Below, one piece after another: positions 27,842-37,347 of a stretch of DNA of 64,000 nt. The notes below the pieces were generated by a model that did no database searches, was not told the origin of the DNA, and saw only the letters and a program-made list of their open reading frames with translations. The stretch comes from Methanobacteriota archaeon. GTDB lineage: Archaea > Thermoplasmatota > Poseidoniia > Poseidoniales > Poseidoniaceae. The translations under genes were made by a program, and so were the position numbers. The number at the start of each line of letters is the position of its first letter. Position 1 is the first letter of the stretch. The stretch is taken from the NCBI GenBank assembly GCA_002726495.1, contig PBTH01000009.1, positions 1,302 through 65,301 on the forward strand, read 5' to 3'.

Positions 27842-29341
27842 ATGCACGAAATTGGACAGAATTCTGTACCAACGAGTGAAGGCGATACAGAGATGTTCGC
27901 TTCGCTAAGGTTGGCAGAACCATCGGAACGGGTCAAAATCACTCTGGATGAGCGAATGCTGGCCATCAAAGGCCGGCGGGGTTCTGACATCAACCTTAGA
28001 GTTGGGGCGATTGACAGTGTTCAGCACCATTCATCCAACCTTGTTCCAAATTGGTTGCTCATGATGGGTTTTGTTTCCATATATGTCGGGTGGCGGTTGT
28101 TGGTTATACCTCTTCACAAATGGTCATTTATGTTGCTCGGTGCTGCGGCGATCTTTGCTCGTTTCTTCACACGACAACCAACCGTTACCATTCAAACTGC
28201 AGCCAATGACACCCATGTACTGTACGGAAACGAGCATGTGTTAACGCACCTTACGTTCATGGTCAACAAATTACTCAAAGGGCGTTCATTGGCTCACGCT
28301 AGAATCGCATGGAATGCAGTTGACCAAACTGCAGGCATCTATGAAGATGGCATCATTCCAGCACCCCAGTTACCGGTCGTCATCAACACACCAACTCCAA
28401 TCAATATGTTTCTTGCATCCCTTGGCGAGGAAATTGAGGAAGAGGATTTGGTCGCTGAAGAGGATACAGAACCTGAATGGATGCCAACTCATGCACCTCA
28501 ACCCACTGGGCCAAGCATTCTCCCAAGTTTCCTCACCACCTACCACTCCGAGCAAGCAATGGCTCATGCCAATACATACCCCCCTGACCATCGCCCTGCT
28601 CCGGTCTACTTGCCAATACTCGAGCCTCACTCCAGCCCACCCATGCACCAAAATTTGAACTCGGACCACGAGCCTACTCCTGTCCCACAGCAATTCTTAC
28701 CATCTTTTGTAGGAGCTACCGAAGTACACATCCCGCAACGAGAGACTGAGCCTGTGACCGAGGAGGAAGGGATTGTCCTTGATGCTGACCTGATGGACGA
28801 ATTTGAAGAACTGGAGATTGAGGTCGCTCAATACATCCCAGAACCAACTCAACAACAGTCACAATACATCGGCCTTAGACGAAATGAGCCCGTTCTTCAA
28901 CCCAGGAAAGCAAGAGACCCCGAATCTGCGCCTTTACGGCCACGACAACGGCAACATCCTCACCAAACTACAAGCCAACAACCAAGAGGTCTCTTTGCGC
29001 ATATTCGTAAAATAGCAAGGGAATTTCTCTCATCAGCAAAAGGGCCTTCAAGACCTTCTCCTTATGGAACAAGCAGTACATCATCCGCTATGAGAGAGCA
29101 TGCTCAAAACGCACAAGAACAGCAAACTGGTGAAATCCTCCGAAGTTTGTCAACTGAAAACGGTGGAGCCTTTGACCCGGCTGAGATGGAACGGATCCAA
29201 GGGCGAGTTGGAACAATGCTTGCAACAGTCGATGAATTGGACGCTGAACTCCAGCCTTCTAATTTAGATGATATCTCTTTTGCAGACCTCATGCCCTCAG
29301 CACATGAAGAGACTACCAAAGTACGAAGATTGGATGACTAA
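27842..29341 (+). CDS. Hypothetical membrane protein with a long Pro/Gln-rich C-terminal region
   Basis: Two hydrophobic helices (NWLLMMGFVSIYVGWRLLVI and FMLLGAAAIFARFF) are followed by ~330 aa of low-complexity P/Q/E-rich sequence. Confidence 0.5.
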   Translation: MHEIGQNSVPTSEGDTEMFASLRLAEPSERVKITLDERMLAIKGRRGSDINLRVGAIDSVQHHSSNLVPNWLLMMGFVSIYVGWRLLVIPLHKWSFMLLGAAAIFARFFTRQPTVTIQTAANDTHVLYGNEHVLTHLTFMVNKLLKGRSLAHARIAWNAVDQTAGIYEDGIIPAPQLPVVINTPTPINMFLASLGEEIEEEDLVAEEDTEPEWMPTHAPQPTGPSILPSFLTTYHSEQAMAHANTYPPDHRPAPVYLPILEPHSSPPMHQNLNSDHEPTPVPQQFLPSFVGATEVHIPQRETEPVTEEEGIVLDADLMDEFEELEIEVAQYIPEPTQQQSQYIGLRRNEPVLQPRKARDPESAPLRPRQRQHPHQTTSQQPRGLFAHIRKIAREFLSSAKGPSRPSPYGTSSTSSAMREHAQNAQEQQTGEILRSLSTENGGAFDPAEMERIQGRVGTMLATVDELDAELQPSNLDDISFADLMPSAHEETTKVRRLDD

Positions 29342-29342
29342 G

Positions 29343-30269
29343 TTACGGTAAAGCAATCATTGCAGCGTAATCCAACATACGGCGTTCAAATTGTTCTTGA
29401 GTTAAATTACGCAAGGAATCGGTTCCAAAACTCGTCAAAGTAAAACTTGCAGTAACGGTTGCTATTGCAAGACCTCGTTTGAGTTCTTCAAGGCCTATAG
29501 CACCCTCTCCAAGGGACAGATGAGCAGCAAGAGCGCCTGCAAAACTGTCGCCGCATCCTGTTGGGTCAGTGAGGTCTTCAGATGGATAGGCCGGCAGGGC
29601 AATCCACTGACCTTCATGCAGAGCGATAACACCGTGCTCTCCCCTCTTGACAACCAACGTTGTTGTAGAAGTTTGATGCGAAAGTTTTGTCATCGCTCTG
29701 ACGATGTTCTCCTCTTCAGCCAACATGCGTACTTCTCCGTCATTGATGATGACCAAATCGGAACGTTTCATCACATCCAACAACTCATCCTTAGCGATAT
29801 CAATCCATAGATTCATCGAATCCAACATGGTTAGCCTACGAGGAGATGTTTGGTCCATCACCGATGATTGAATGGCAGGATGAAGATTGGCACAAAATAC
29901 GACATTGGGCGTGGAGAGTTCTTGAGCGACCTCTGGTCTGAAGTGCTCAAACACATTGAGATGTGTCGCCTTGGTAACGGCTTCTGCCATTGAACCATGA
30001 TAGCTCCCCTCCCACCTGAAGGTCTTACCCTCAGAAACTTGTAGCCCAGAAAGGTCCAGCCCTGCCTCATCGAGTATCATCCGGTCACGGTCCCTAAAAT
30101 CACTCCCAACGACTCCAACAAGAGATGCCTTGGGGCGTTTTAAACGATCCAAATGAAATTGGCAAGCAAGACCTGCATAGGTTGCTGAACCACCCAATGC
30201 TTCGCGTATTGAACCTTCGGGAGAATCGACCGAATCATAGGCTAAACTGCCGACTACAAGAACGCTCAT
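29343..30269 (-). CDS. PfkB-family carbohydrate/nucleoside kinase
   Basis: It has the N-terminal VLVVGSLAYDSV and the C-terminal DPTGCGDSFAGAL, which matches the DxxGAGDxF motif. Confidence 0.7.
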   Translation of the reverse strand: MSVLVVGSLAYDSVDSPEGSIREALGGSATYAGLACQFHLDRLKRPKASLVGVVGSDFRDRDRMILDEAGLDLSGLQVSEGKTFRWEGSYHGSMAEAVTKATHLNVFEHFRPEVAQELSTPNVVFCANLHPAIQSSVMDQTSPRRLTMLDSMNLWIDIAKDELLDVMKRSDLVIINDGEVRMLAEEENIVRAMTKLSHQTSTTTLVVKRGEHGVIALHEGQWIALPAYPSEDLTDPTGCGDSFAGALAAHLSLGEGAIGLEELKRGLAIATVTASFTLTSFGTDSLRNLTQEQFERRMLDYAAMIALP

Positions 30270-30312
30270 GTTCTACTCCATGCGTAGGAGATTGATGGGT
30301 TTACCGATGCGC

Positions 30313-31653
30313 TCATCCAAGCAATTCTTGGTGCATGTCAATGTATTGGATGGTAATGTCTCCTTTGATAAAATCGGATTCATCCATGATTCTTCGGTGC
30401 AACGGGATGAGATGCTCAACCCCGGTGATGATCGTCTCGTCAAGAGCCGTCCTCATACGACGGACTGCATCATCACGGTCATGGCCCCAGACCAATAGTT
30501 TGGCGAGAAGTGAGTCAAAGCAACCCGGCATTTCGTAACCTGCATGTGCATGAGTGTCGCAACGTATGCCAAAGCCACTTGGGAAATGGCATTCCCATAA
30601 GCGACCAGGACTGGGGACAAATTCTCGGGGGTCCTCGGCATTCAACCTGCATTGAATGGCATGGCCTCTCCAAGTAATATCCTCCTGAGAGAGAGGCAAT
30701 GCTTCACCTTGAGCGACCCGAATACCTAATTCAACGAGATTGAATCCCGTGATGAGTTCGGTTACCGTGTGCTCAACTTGAACACGGGGGTTCACTTCAA
30801 GGAAGTAGAAATCTCCGTTAGCATCTCGTAAGAACTCAAACGTTGCTAACCCCTTGTATCCGACAGCTTCTGCACCGCGACATACCAAATCACCAATTTC
30901 TGAACGCTTTTCATCGGTAAGCCAAGGGCCTTCTTCAACCAATTTTTGATGCCGGCGTTGAATGGAACAAAATCGCTCGCCGAAATGAATCGCCTTTTTC
31001 CCGTCTGCCAATACTTGAAATTCGACGTGTTGGGCGCCGAGAATGTACTTCTCCACGAACACTCGGTCGTCACCAAAAGCAGAGCGAGCTCGGGATTGAC
31101 ACAACTTGAGAGCGCCTTCAAATTCGTCTGCTTTTTCTACAATCTGCATACCGATTCCTCCGCCACCTGCTGCGGCTTTGATGATGACTGGATAGCCGAT
31201 TTCTTCGGCTAGATTTCTTGCAACATCCGCACTTGCTATGGACTCAGATGAGCCTTTAGCAGTTGGTAAGCCAGCCGCTTCCATGGCAGCTCTTGCTTGG
31301 ATTTTATCGCCCAACAGTGTAATCACATCTGAAGATGGGCCGATAAAGGTAATTCCCTCCTCTTGCAATCGCGATACAAAATGGGCATTCTCAGCCAAGA
31401 ATCCATATCCTGGATGAACGGCGTCGCATTTCAGTTCCTTCGCAGCTTGTATCACGGATTCAATATCAAGATAGGAGTCCAATGGGTTGGTTTTGTAATT
31501 CGCATAAGCAACATCTGCCATGCGAACGGGAAGTGACAATCGGTCTTCTCTACCGTGGATAATCGCGGCTTCAATGCCCATGTCGCGCAGGGTTCTCAAG
31601 ATACGCAGAGCGATTTCACCGCGATTCGCAATCAAGACTCGTTTGAATCCCAT
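30313..31653 (-). CDS. Biotin carboxylase (ATP-grasp subunit of an acetyl-CoA, pyruvate or acyl-CoA carboxylase)
   Basis: It carries FKRVLIANRGEIALRILRTLRDMGIEA, HPGYGFLAEN, GGGGIGMQIV and EVNPRVQVEHTVTE. The start is set at the internal ATG 31653. Confidence 0.85.
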   Translation of the reverse strand: MGFKRVLIANRGEIALRILRTLRDMGIEAAIIHGREDRLSLPVRMADVAYANYKTNPLDSYLDIESVIQAAKELKCDAVHPGYGFLAENAHFVSRLQEEGITFIGPSSDVITLLGDKIQARAAMEAAGLPTAKGSSESIASADVARNLAEEIGYPVIIKAAAGGGGIGMQIVEKADEFEGALKLCQSRARSAFGDDRVFVEKYILGAQHVEFQVLADGKKAIHFGERFCSIQRRHQKLVEEGPWLTDEKRSEIGDLVCRGAEAVGYKGLATFEFLRDANGDFYFLEVNPRVQVEHTVTELITGFNLVELGIRVAQGEALPLSQEDITWRGHAIQCRLNAEDPREFVPSPGRLWECHFPSGFGIRCDTHAHAGYEMPGCFDSLLAKLLVWGHDRDDAVRRMRTALDETIITGVEHLIPLHRRIMDESDFIKGDITIQYIDMHQELLG

Positions 31654-31838
31654 GTGCGAACGGCGGCCGAAGTATCCTATGAGCAAAGCGGTCAAAACAA
31701 CTGGTGTTTGACGAAAATACAGGAATTCGGCATATCCCAAACCTCCATGAGGCCATTTTCAACGATCACATCAAGAAATAGAGATTGAGGTTGCACTACG
31801 GGAAGGAATATGTAGGGGGGGGATTATGGATAACTGCA

Positions 31839-32489
31839 ATGCTTAGTGAGGACGGGAAGTGGGTTTACGACGAAACCCTCGAGGAATGGGTGCCAAATGA
31901 ACCAGGTTTTCAAGCAGATTATGCTGCCGCAGAAGCCCAGTTCATTTCCTCAAAGAATCCCGCAATGATTGACTTGCCAGGAGTGAAAAATATGAGCGAA
32001 AAGAATCTGAACAAGAGAATATACAATGCAGGAATTGCATTCATAATGGGATTAGGTTTCCTGATGATGATCATGTCCGAGCAATACACTTACTCATCAA
32101 ACCATACTCTTGCGCCAGAAGCCCCAGATACCGTTCAAACATCCGACTTTGATGGAGATGAAAACGGCAATCTTAACACCACAGAACAAGAGGCATATCA
32201 GGCAGCAGTCGAAAGGTACAATGATAAATATCAAAATTATCTTGATGACCTTGAAGACCATAACTTTCTGATGCTTGCATATGAAGGCAAAGCAACATTT
32301 TGGTCAAATATCGCACCGGGATTCATCGTTGCTGGACTGGTCTGTTTGACCTTCCAATCCAAGGGAGTGGAGATGACGAACAGTATCCGTCTTACTTTGC
32401 TGATTGGAACGATGTACATGGTTGCTAATTTGTTAGGATACAACATGCCTGGTGTTGCAGGCGATGTATCGTTCGGTTTTGGTGAATAA
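31839..32489 (+). CDS. Hypothetical membrane protein
   Basis: Several hydrophobic segments. The first ATG is used, and the track starts at TTG 31785. Confidence 0.45.
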   Translation: MLSEDGKWVYDETLEEWVPNEPGFQADYAAAEAQFISSKNPAMIDLPGVKNMSEKNLNKRIYNAGIAFIMGLGFLMMIMSEQYTYSSNHTLAPEAPDTVQTSDFDGDENGNLNTTEQEAYQAAVERYNDKYQNYLDDLEDHNFLMLAYEGKATFWSNIAPGFIVAGLVCLTFQSKGVEMTNSIRLTLLIGTMYMVANLLGYNMPGVAGDVSFGFGE

Positions 32490-32590
32490 GGTTAGCGTTG
32501 TGATGGTTTTTCGGAAGCATTCCTCCGGAATCCGGTAAAAACGAAATTGTCAAGGCGAACATTCATATTCTCTTACGCCCATTTACAGTT

Positions 32591-33055
32591 ATGGGCCGAA
32601 CGACAATGACCGGCAGCGAGGTTCTCCAACAACTCGCTGGCAAGGATTTGAACAACGATGGAAAGGTGATCAACTTGGTCATCTGTGGGAACTCAAAATT
32701 TTACGATTATGGATTTCTAGAAGATGAGCTTGACACGTGGGTCAAGTACAATGGATATCCCGATGTAGTCATACTTGGTGGGGCGAGTGGCGTTGATTAT
32801 CTTGCAGAGAGATGGGCGGATAACAACAACATTCCTTTGGCCATTTTTACCGAAGCATGGGATGCGCCTCGACCCTCTAAAGCGGAGGATACAGGCCGAC
32901 CAGAAGCAGTAGCTGATTTGGGGCAACGTATGATCAAACACGCCACACATATGCTTGCATTCCCCGGACCGGATTCGGTCTGGACCAAGCGAATGGAAGC
33001 CGTTGCTCGTAGTGATGGGGTACCGGTTGTCAGCGTACCGCTACCGATGGAGTAA
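32591..33055 (+). CDS. SLOG-fold protein (DUF2493/YspA-like)
   Basis: It carries VICGNSKF...PDVVILGGASGVDYLAERWADNNNIP, which matches the GGAxGxDxLAxxWA pattern. Confidence 0.5.
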   Translation: MGRTTMTGSEVLQQLAGKDLNNDGKVINLVICGNSKFYDYGFLEDELDTWVKYNGYPDVVILGGASGVDYLAERWADNNNIPLAIFTEAWDAPRPSKAEDTGRPEAVADLGQRMIKHATHMLAFPGPDSVWTKRMEAVARSDGVPVVSVPLPME

Positions 33056-33056
33056 A

Positions 33057-34310
33057 TCAGTAGACGTCGCGTAGGTATCGCTTTTGCTCTTTCATCATTG
33101 TTTTCTCAATGAAATGGGTTGCGTCTTCTTCGGAGAGACCACCGTGCTCAATCGCAATTGCTATCAGTGCGCGGTGGACATCTTTGGCCATGTATGTCTT
33201 GTCCCCACAGATGTAGAAGTATGCGCCTCGTTCGAACCATTCCCAAACTTCTGCACCGTGTTCCTTGAGACGATGTTGGACGTAGATTTTTTCTTCTTGG
33301 TCTCGTGACCATGCGGTTGTAAATCGGTAGAGGTTTCCTTCATCCATCCAAGATTCAATCGTATCTTTGTAATAGAATTCAGTTTTTGATGATTGGTCGC
33401 CGAAGAACAACCAGTTTTTTCCGCTACCGCCGTCGAAAACACGTTGTTCCATGAAGGCTCGGAATGGAGCGATTCCAGTTCCTGGCCCAACCATGATGAT
33501 GTCAGTATCCTTATCAGCTGGAAGAATGAAAGATTTTGTCGGTGACATGAAGACACCAATTGGGGCACCGGATGTGTCAATTTCATCCGCCAGGAATTGG
33601 GTGCACAATCCTCCTCGTGGACGATTGTTGTACTCGAACCGTACAATTCCAACAGTCAATTCCACATACCCAGGGTGGGCATCATGCGAGGATGCAATGG
33701 AATAAAGGCGAGGCTTCAATCTGTCAACAAGTTCAAGGAACTCTTCTGGAGCGTATTTGACATCAAATTCTCTCATGATGTCAATGTAGTCTCGCGTCCA
33801 CAAATAATCCTCGATTGTCTTGGCGTCAATCGTTATGGCTGCTACTTGTTCACTGGGATCCTCAGAAGGAATTGATGGTTGGAGAGAGGGAGGCAATTGC
33901 TGATCGCTCGTAGGCGTCCAAGATGTTTGATTACGAGTACGAGAAATAAGGTTCATCGAGATTTTCATTCCACTTGAGACTACCTTCTCTGCCAATGATT
34001 TAACGAATTTTTTGTTGGCCAGATGGACTTCAAAATCCTTCTTGAGTGCATCATAAAGGGTGCGTTCCCCGTTGTGAGTCGTAACTGTATGGTCTCGGTC
34101 CCAGCCTTGCACTTCAATGATTTCATCGACAATGTGTGGAGGATTCTCAGGCAGAACCCCCAAAGCATCGCCCACTTTGTAATCCAAACCAGAGTCGCCA
34201 AGTTCGAAAACGACGTGCCGTGTTTCTTTACGTGAACCCTCGCCATTGAGAATATAATTCTCGGTTATTTTTGTCATGTACGGATTTTTCGCCGACCAGT
34301 TCTCACCCAT
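33057..34310 (-). CDS. CysJ/CPR-like FAD- and NADPH-binding reductase without the flavodoxin domain
   Basis: It carries RLYSIASS, GPGTGIAPFRAF, IYVQHRL and FYICGD, and ends in RYLRDVY. Confidence 0.75.
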   Translation of the reverse strand: MGENWSAKNPYMTKITENYILNGEGSRKETRHVVFELGDSGLDYKVGDALGVLPENPPHIVDEIIEVQGWDRDHTVTTHNGERTLYDALKKDFEVHLANKKFVKSLAEKVVSSGMKISMNLISRTRNQTSWTPTSDQQLPPSLQPSIPSEDPSEQVAAITIDAKTIEDYLWTRDYIDIMREFDVKYAPEEFLELVDRLKPRLYSIASSHDAHPGYVELTVGIVRFEYNNRPRGGLCTQFLADEIDTSGAPIGVFMSPTKSFILPADKDTDIIMVGPGTGIAPFRAFMEQRVFDGGSGKNWLFFGDQSSKTEFYYKDTIESWMDEGNLYRFTTAWSRDQEEKIYVQHRLKEHGAEVWEWFERGAYFYICGDKTYMAKDVHRALIAIAIEHGGLSEEDATHFIEKTMMKEQKRYLRDVY

Positions 34311-34450
34311 GTGCTCACCTCAGCCCTAAAGGGCCGTTAATTTTCCCACTGATGAGGGCTATATCATCATTCGTGTGACCTCACATCACTGAATCAATTC
34401 CACCTGAAACAACCGATGGGGAAAAGAAGGAAAAGGCCATGGCGTGAAAC

Positions 34451-35251
34451 ATGACCCAACGGATTGATGTTCTCGGTACTGGGAATGCCTTTCTTCCCAA
34501 CGGCCGTCATCATTCCTTTTCCATTTTTGATGGAAAGCATATCATCGACGCCCCCCCTACTGCACTGGCCAGCCTGAGAAGGGCCGGTATTCCTGTATCC
34601 GATATTGAATCTGTATTTGTCACACATGTGCACGGAGACCATGTGTTTGGATTCCCATTCTTGCTTTTGGAACGGAAGTACATTTCTGACCGAGAGGGGG
34701 TTGCTCCCTTACGGGTTGTTGGCTCATCAACGGTTAAATCAAGATTGACTCAACTGTGTCATCTTGCATTTCCCGGTTCACTTGAGAGTATCTTAGAAAC
34801 CGTTGAATGGATTGTAGATGAAACCGGTACGACCAATGACGGGTGGACTTGGGAGCGATTTGAGGTTCTCCATGATGATGCCGTGGACCCTCACGGATAC
34901 CGTTTCGCACACACCAGCGGAGCTAACTTTGTCCACAGTGGGGACTCTGGCCCTTGTGAAACGCTCTATGATGCAATTAAGCGCTCTGATATTGCTATCC
35001 TTGAGATGGGTTTTCCCGATTGGGTTCCTTCAACTCACCACCACAAGCCAAAGGATGTTGAAGCCTTGGCGAACCTTGTAACCACGCCGCTGGTTATCAC
35101 GCATACCTTCGTGGATGATTCAAACGGCCATCCAAAAATCCTCAGTGATGAACTTCCCAATCACCCTCCCCATGTTCACCATATCTCAGATGGAACACGG
35201 TTGAATTGGAGCGATGGAGAGTGGGGAATACGAGCTCCTGATAAAGCGTAA
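34451..35251 (+). CDS. MBL-fold metallo-hydrolase
   Basis: It carries VTHVHGDHVFGF, matching the HxHxDH motif. Confidence 0.65.
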   Translation: MTQRIDVLGTGNAFLPNGRHHSFSIFDGKHIIDAPPTALASLRRAGIPVSDIESVFVTHVHGDHVFGFPFLLLERKYISDREGVAPLRVVGSSTVKSRLTQLCHLAFPGSLESILETVEWIVDETGTTNDGWTWERFEVLHDDAVDPHGYRFAHTSGANFVHSGDSGPCETLYDAIKRSDIAILEMGFPDWVPSTHHHKPKDVEALANLVTTPLVITHTFVDDSNGHPKILSDELPNHPPHVHHISDGTRLNWSDGEWGIRAPDKA

Positions 35252-35431
35252 GAATCCCCCGCCAAAAAATGTTCATTTTTCCGAAATCTGTGAATCTTTA
35301 TATGCTAAACTTAGCGGTGGTCTTGTTCACAAATCAGCCCCTTCCAAACGAACCAGTGGACAGGCATATAAGGGGGACTCGGACTCATGGCGAATACGGC
35401 ACGCAGACCGGTCCGGACTGTTTGCAGGTTG

Positions 35432-35440
35432 CTATAAATA
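35432..35440 (+). promoter_or_regulatory. TATA-box-like element upstream of orc1/cdc6
   Basis: CTATAAATA ends 15 nt before ATG 35455. This spacing fits a leaderless or very short-leader mRNA, or use of the next ATG at 35482. Confidence 0.35.
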
Positions 35441-35454
35441 GGGGGCGAGATTGA

Positions 35455-36696
35455 ATGGAGAAGAACATCTTCGATAAATTCATGACGCGGAAAACTCTGT
35501 TTAAGAATAAGGAAATTCTACGACACGATTTTCGTCCAAATCTCCTGCCTCATCGGACCGATGAAATTGAAAAAATATCCTACAACCTTTGGGAGGCACT
35601 GAAGGGCCATATCCCATCGAACATGACGCTCTACGGCGTCACTGGTGCAGGTAAAACTGCCGTCACAGGATATGTATGCCATCACCTCAAAGCAAAAGGA
35701 GAAACCATCGGTCGACAGGTGAATCCTGTGATCGTCAACTGCCGACAAATCGACACACAGTACCGAGTCTTGAGCCACATCGGCAATTCACTTCTTGAAG
35801 AATATGAACAAGGTGAAATTCCGTTTACAGGATGGCCCACAGACCGGGTATTCAGCGAACTTGTTCGGAGAATGGATGCACGAGGCGGTGTATTCATTAT
35901 CGTCTTGGATGAGATTGATCACCTTGTCAGAAAAGCTGGAGATGACCTTTTGTACAACTTAACAAGCCTCAATTCCTCTCTCAAAAATGCAAGAGCATGT
36001 GTTATTGGAATCTCAAATGACCTCAAGTTTACTGATTTCCTTGACCCCAGAGTTCGCTCACGCCTTGGGCAATTGGATGTCTTGTTCAGGCCTTATGATG
36101 CTGAACAATTGCAAGATATTTTGAGGCAACGTTCCAAAGAAGGGCTTCAAGAAAATGTCCTTCAATCCGGCGTCATTGAATTATGTGCCGCACTGGCCGC
36201 ACAAGAACACGGTGATGCCAGGTGCGCTCTTGACCTGCTACGCATCTCAACAGAAAAGGCTGAACTTGATGGCGAATCGGTCGTCAATCAAAGCCATGTT
36301 CGCGCTGCCCAAAGCCAAATTGAGGCTGACCAAATCACTCCCGTCATCTCATCTCTGCCAAGTCAGCAGAAGTTGGTGCTCGCTGCAGTCCTCATCAACG
36401 AAAGAAACGGACTTCGAAATGTCCAAACCGGGCAAGTTTACGACATCTACAGGCAGGCCTGCCTTCAAATCAATCAGCACGCATTAACCCAAAGAAGAAT
36501 TTCTGGCTTAATCTCCAACCTCGATATGCTTGGACTCATCACCGCTCGCACTGTGAGCAAAGGACGCTACGGACGGTCAAAAGAAATCGCTTCATGTGTC
36601 CCTAAGAATATTGATGCACCCCGCATAATGGTTGATGCCGAGGCTGAAATGGAATCGGTCTTCTCAGCAAATTACCGATATCAATCTTCACTTTGA
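35455..36696 (+). CDS. cdc6: Orc1/Cdc6 replication initiator (AAA+ with a C-terminal winged helix)
   Basis: It carries DFRPNLLPHRTDEIEKI, Walker A LYGVTGAGKTAV and Walker B FIIVLDEIDHL. It also carries GDARCALDLLR. Confidence 0.85.
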   Translation: MEKNIFDKFMTRKTLFKNKEILRHDFRPNLLPHRTDEIEKISYNLWEALKGHIPSNMTLYGVTGAGKTAVTGYVCHHLKAKGETIGRQVNPVIVNCRQIDTQYRVLSHIGNSLLEEYEQGEIPFTGWPTDRVFSELVRRMDARGGVFIIVLDEIDHLVRKAGDDLLYNLTSLNSSLKNARACVIGISNDLKFTDFLDPRVRSRLGQLDVLFRPYDAEQLQDILRQRSKEGLQENVLQSGVIELCAALAAQEHGDARCALDLLRISTEKAELDGESVVNQSHVRAAQSQIEADQITPVISSLPSQQKLVLAAVLINERNGLRNVQTGQVYDIYRQACLQINQHALTQRRISGLISNLDMLGLITARTVSKGRYGRSKEIASCVPKNIDAPRIMVDAEAEMESVFSANYRYQSSL

Positions 36697-36779
36697 GGCC
36701 AAATTTCCCCGACATAACCGGGAAAAATGGCTAATTCCTTTTCGGTGTTCTTATATCCGCCTCGCCGGTCGGCGTAGGT

Positions 36780-37343
36780 ATGACCAACGGCGAATCTTCA
36801 GATGCGGCCGCCAACACCACGACCTCAGAAGCAGCTCCAGTATGGGCAAATTTCCTTGTAACACTTGGAGCATGGGGCCTACTTTTGGCTGTTTTGAACA
36901 TGTTCTCTGCTGCAACACCTGCACAGCATGTATCCTGGGGAGGATTGCTAACATTTGAAGCATCCAACCCAGCCTTTGGAACCGCAAAGGATGGATTTCA
37001 CTACGAAGTTCTCGGCGATACAATTTTTATCGCAGCATGTCTTTCAATGATTGGTTTTGGGATGAAAACCATCAACGAATCCAGAGGGGTAGCCCAGTGG
37101 GCAAAATCTCTGTTTGTGAACGACACATGGACTGCATTGGCTGACCCATCAGTCGGTGGCGGACAACGAACAATGGCCGCATGGTGCCTTTTACTTGGAG
37201 TGGTGTTCTACTTCTGGTTCGGAATCAACCACAAAGCATGGATGGATGTTGGTGCTTATTCAGTTACCATCGCATTGGTTGCTGCTGGATTTGCACTAAA
37301 TCATGCAAGCCGAGTCCCGCCCGGCGATGACAAACTTGACTGA
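36780..37343 (+). CDS. Hypothetical membrane protein
   Basis: 187-aa ORF with about 4 hydrophobic helices. Confidence 0.45.
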   Translation: MTNGESSDAAANTTTSEAAPVWANFLVTLGAWGLLLAVLNMFSAATPAQHVSWGGLLTFEASNPAFGTAKDGFHYEVLGDTIFIAACLSMIGFGMKTINESRGVAQWAKSLFVNDTWTALADPSVGGGQRTMAAWCLLLGVVFYFWFGINHKAWMDVGAYSVTIALVAAGFALNHASRVPPGDDKLD

Positions 37344-37347
37344 TTCG

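Noticed and set aside
31815-31822. A G8 homopolymer just upstream of ATG 31839 might be a phase-variation tract.
   Set aside because: It is a single tract with no evidence of length heterogeneity from one sequence. It lies inside an alternative TTG-initiated extension (YVGGGLW), so it may simply be coding or 5'-UTR sequence.
36697-36779. An imperfect inverted repeat (TTTCCCCG-ACATAAC-CGGGAAAA) after orc1/cdc6 might be a second ORB or a terminator.
   Set aside because: The pairing is imperfect and has no similarity to the CCAGTGGA core. The evidence is insufficient either way.
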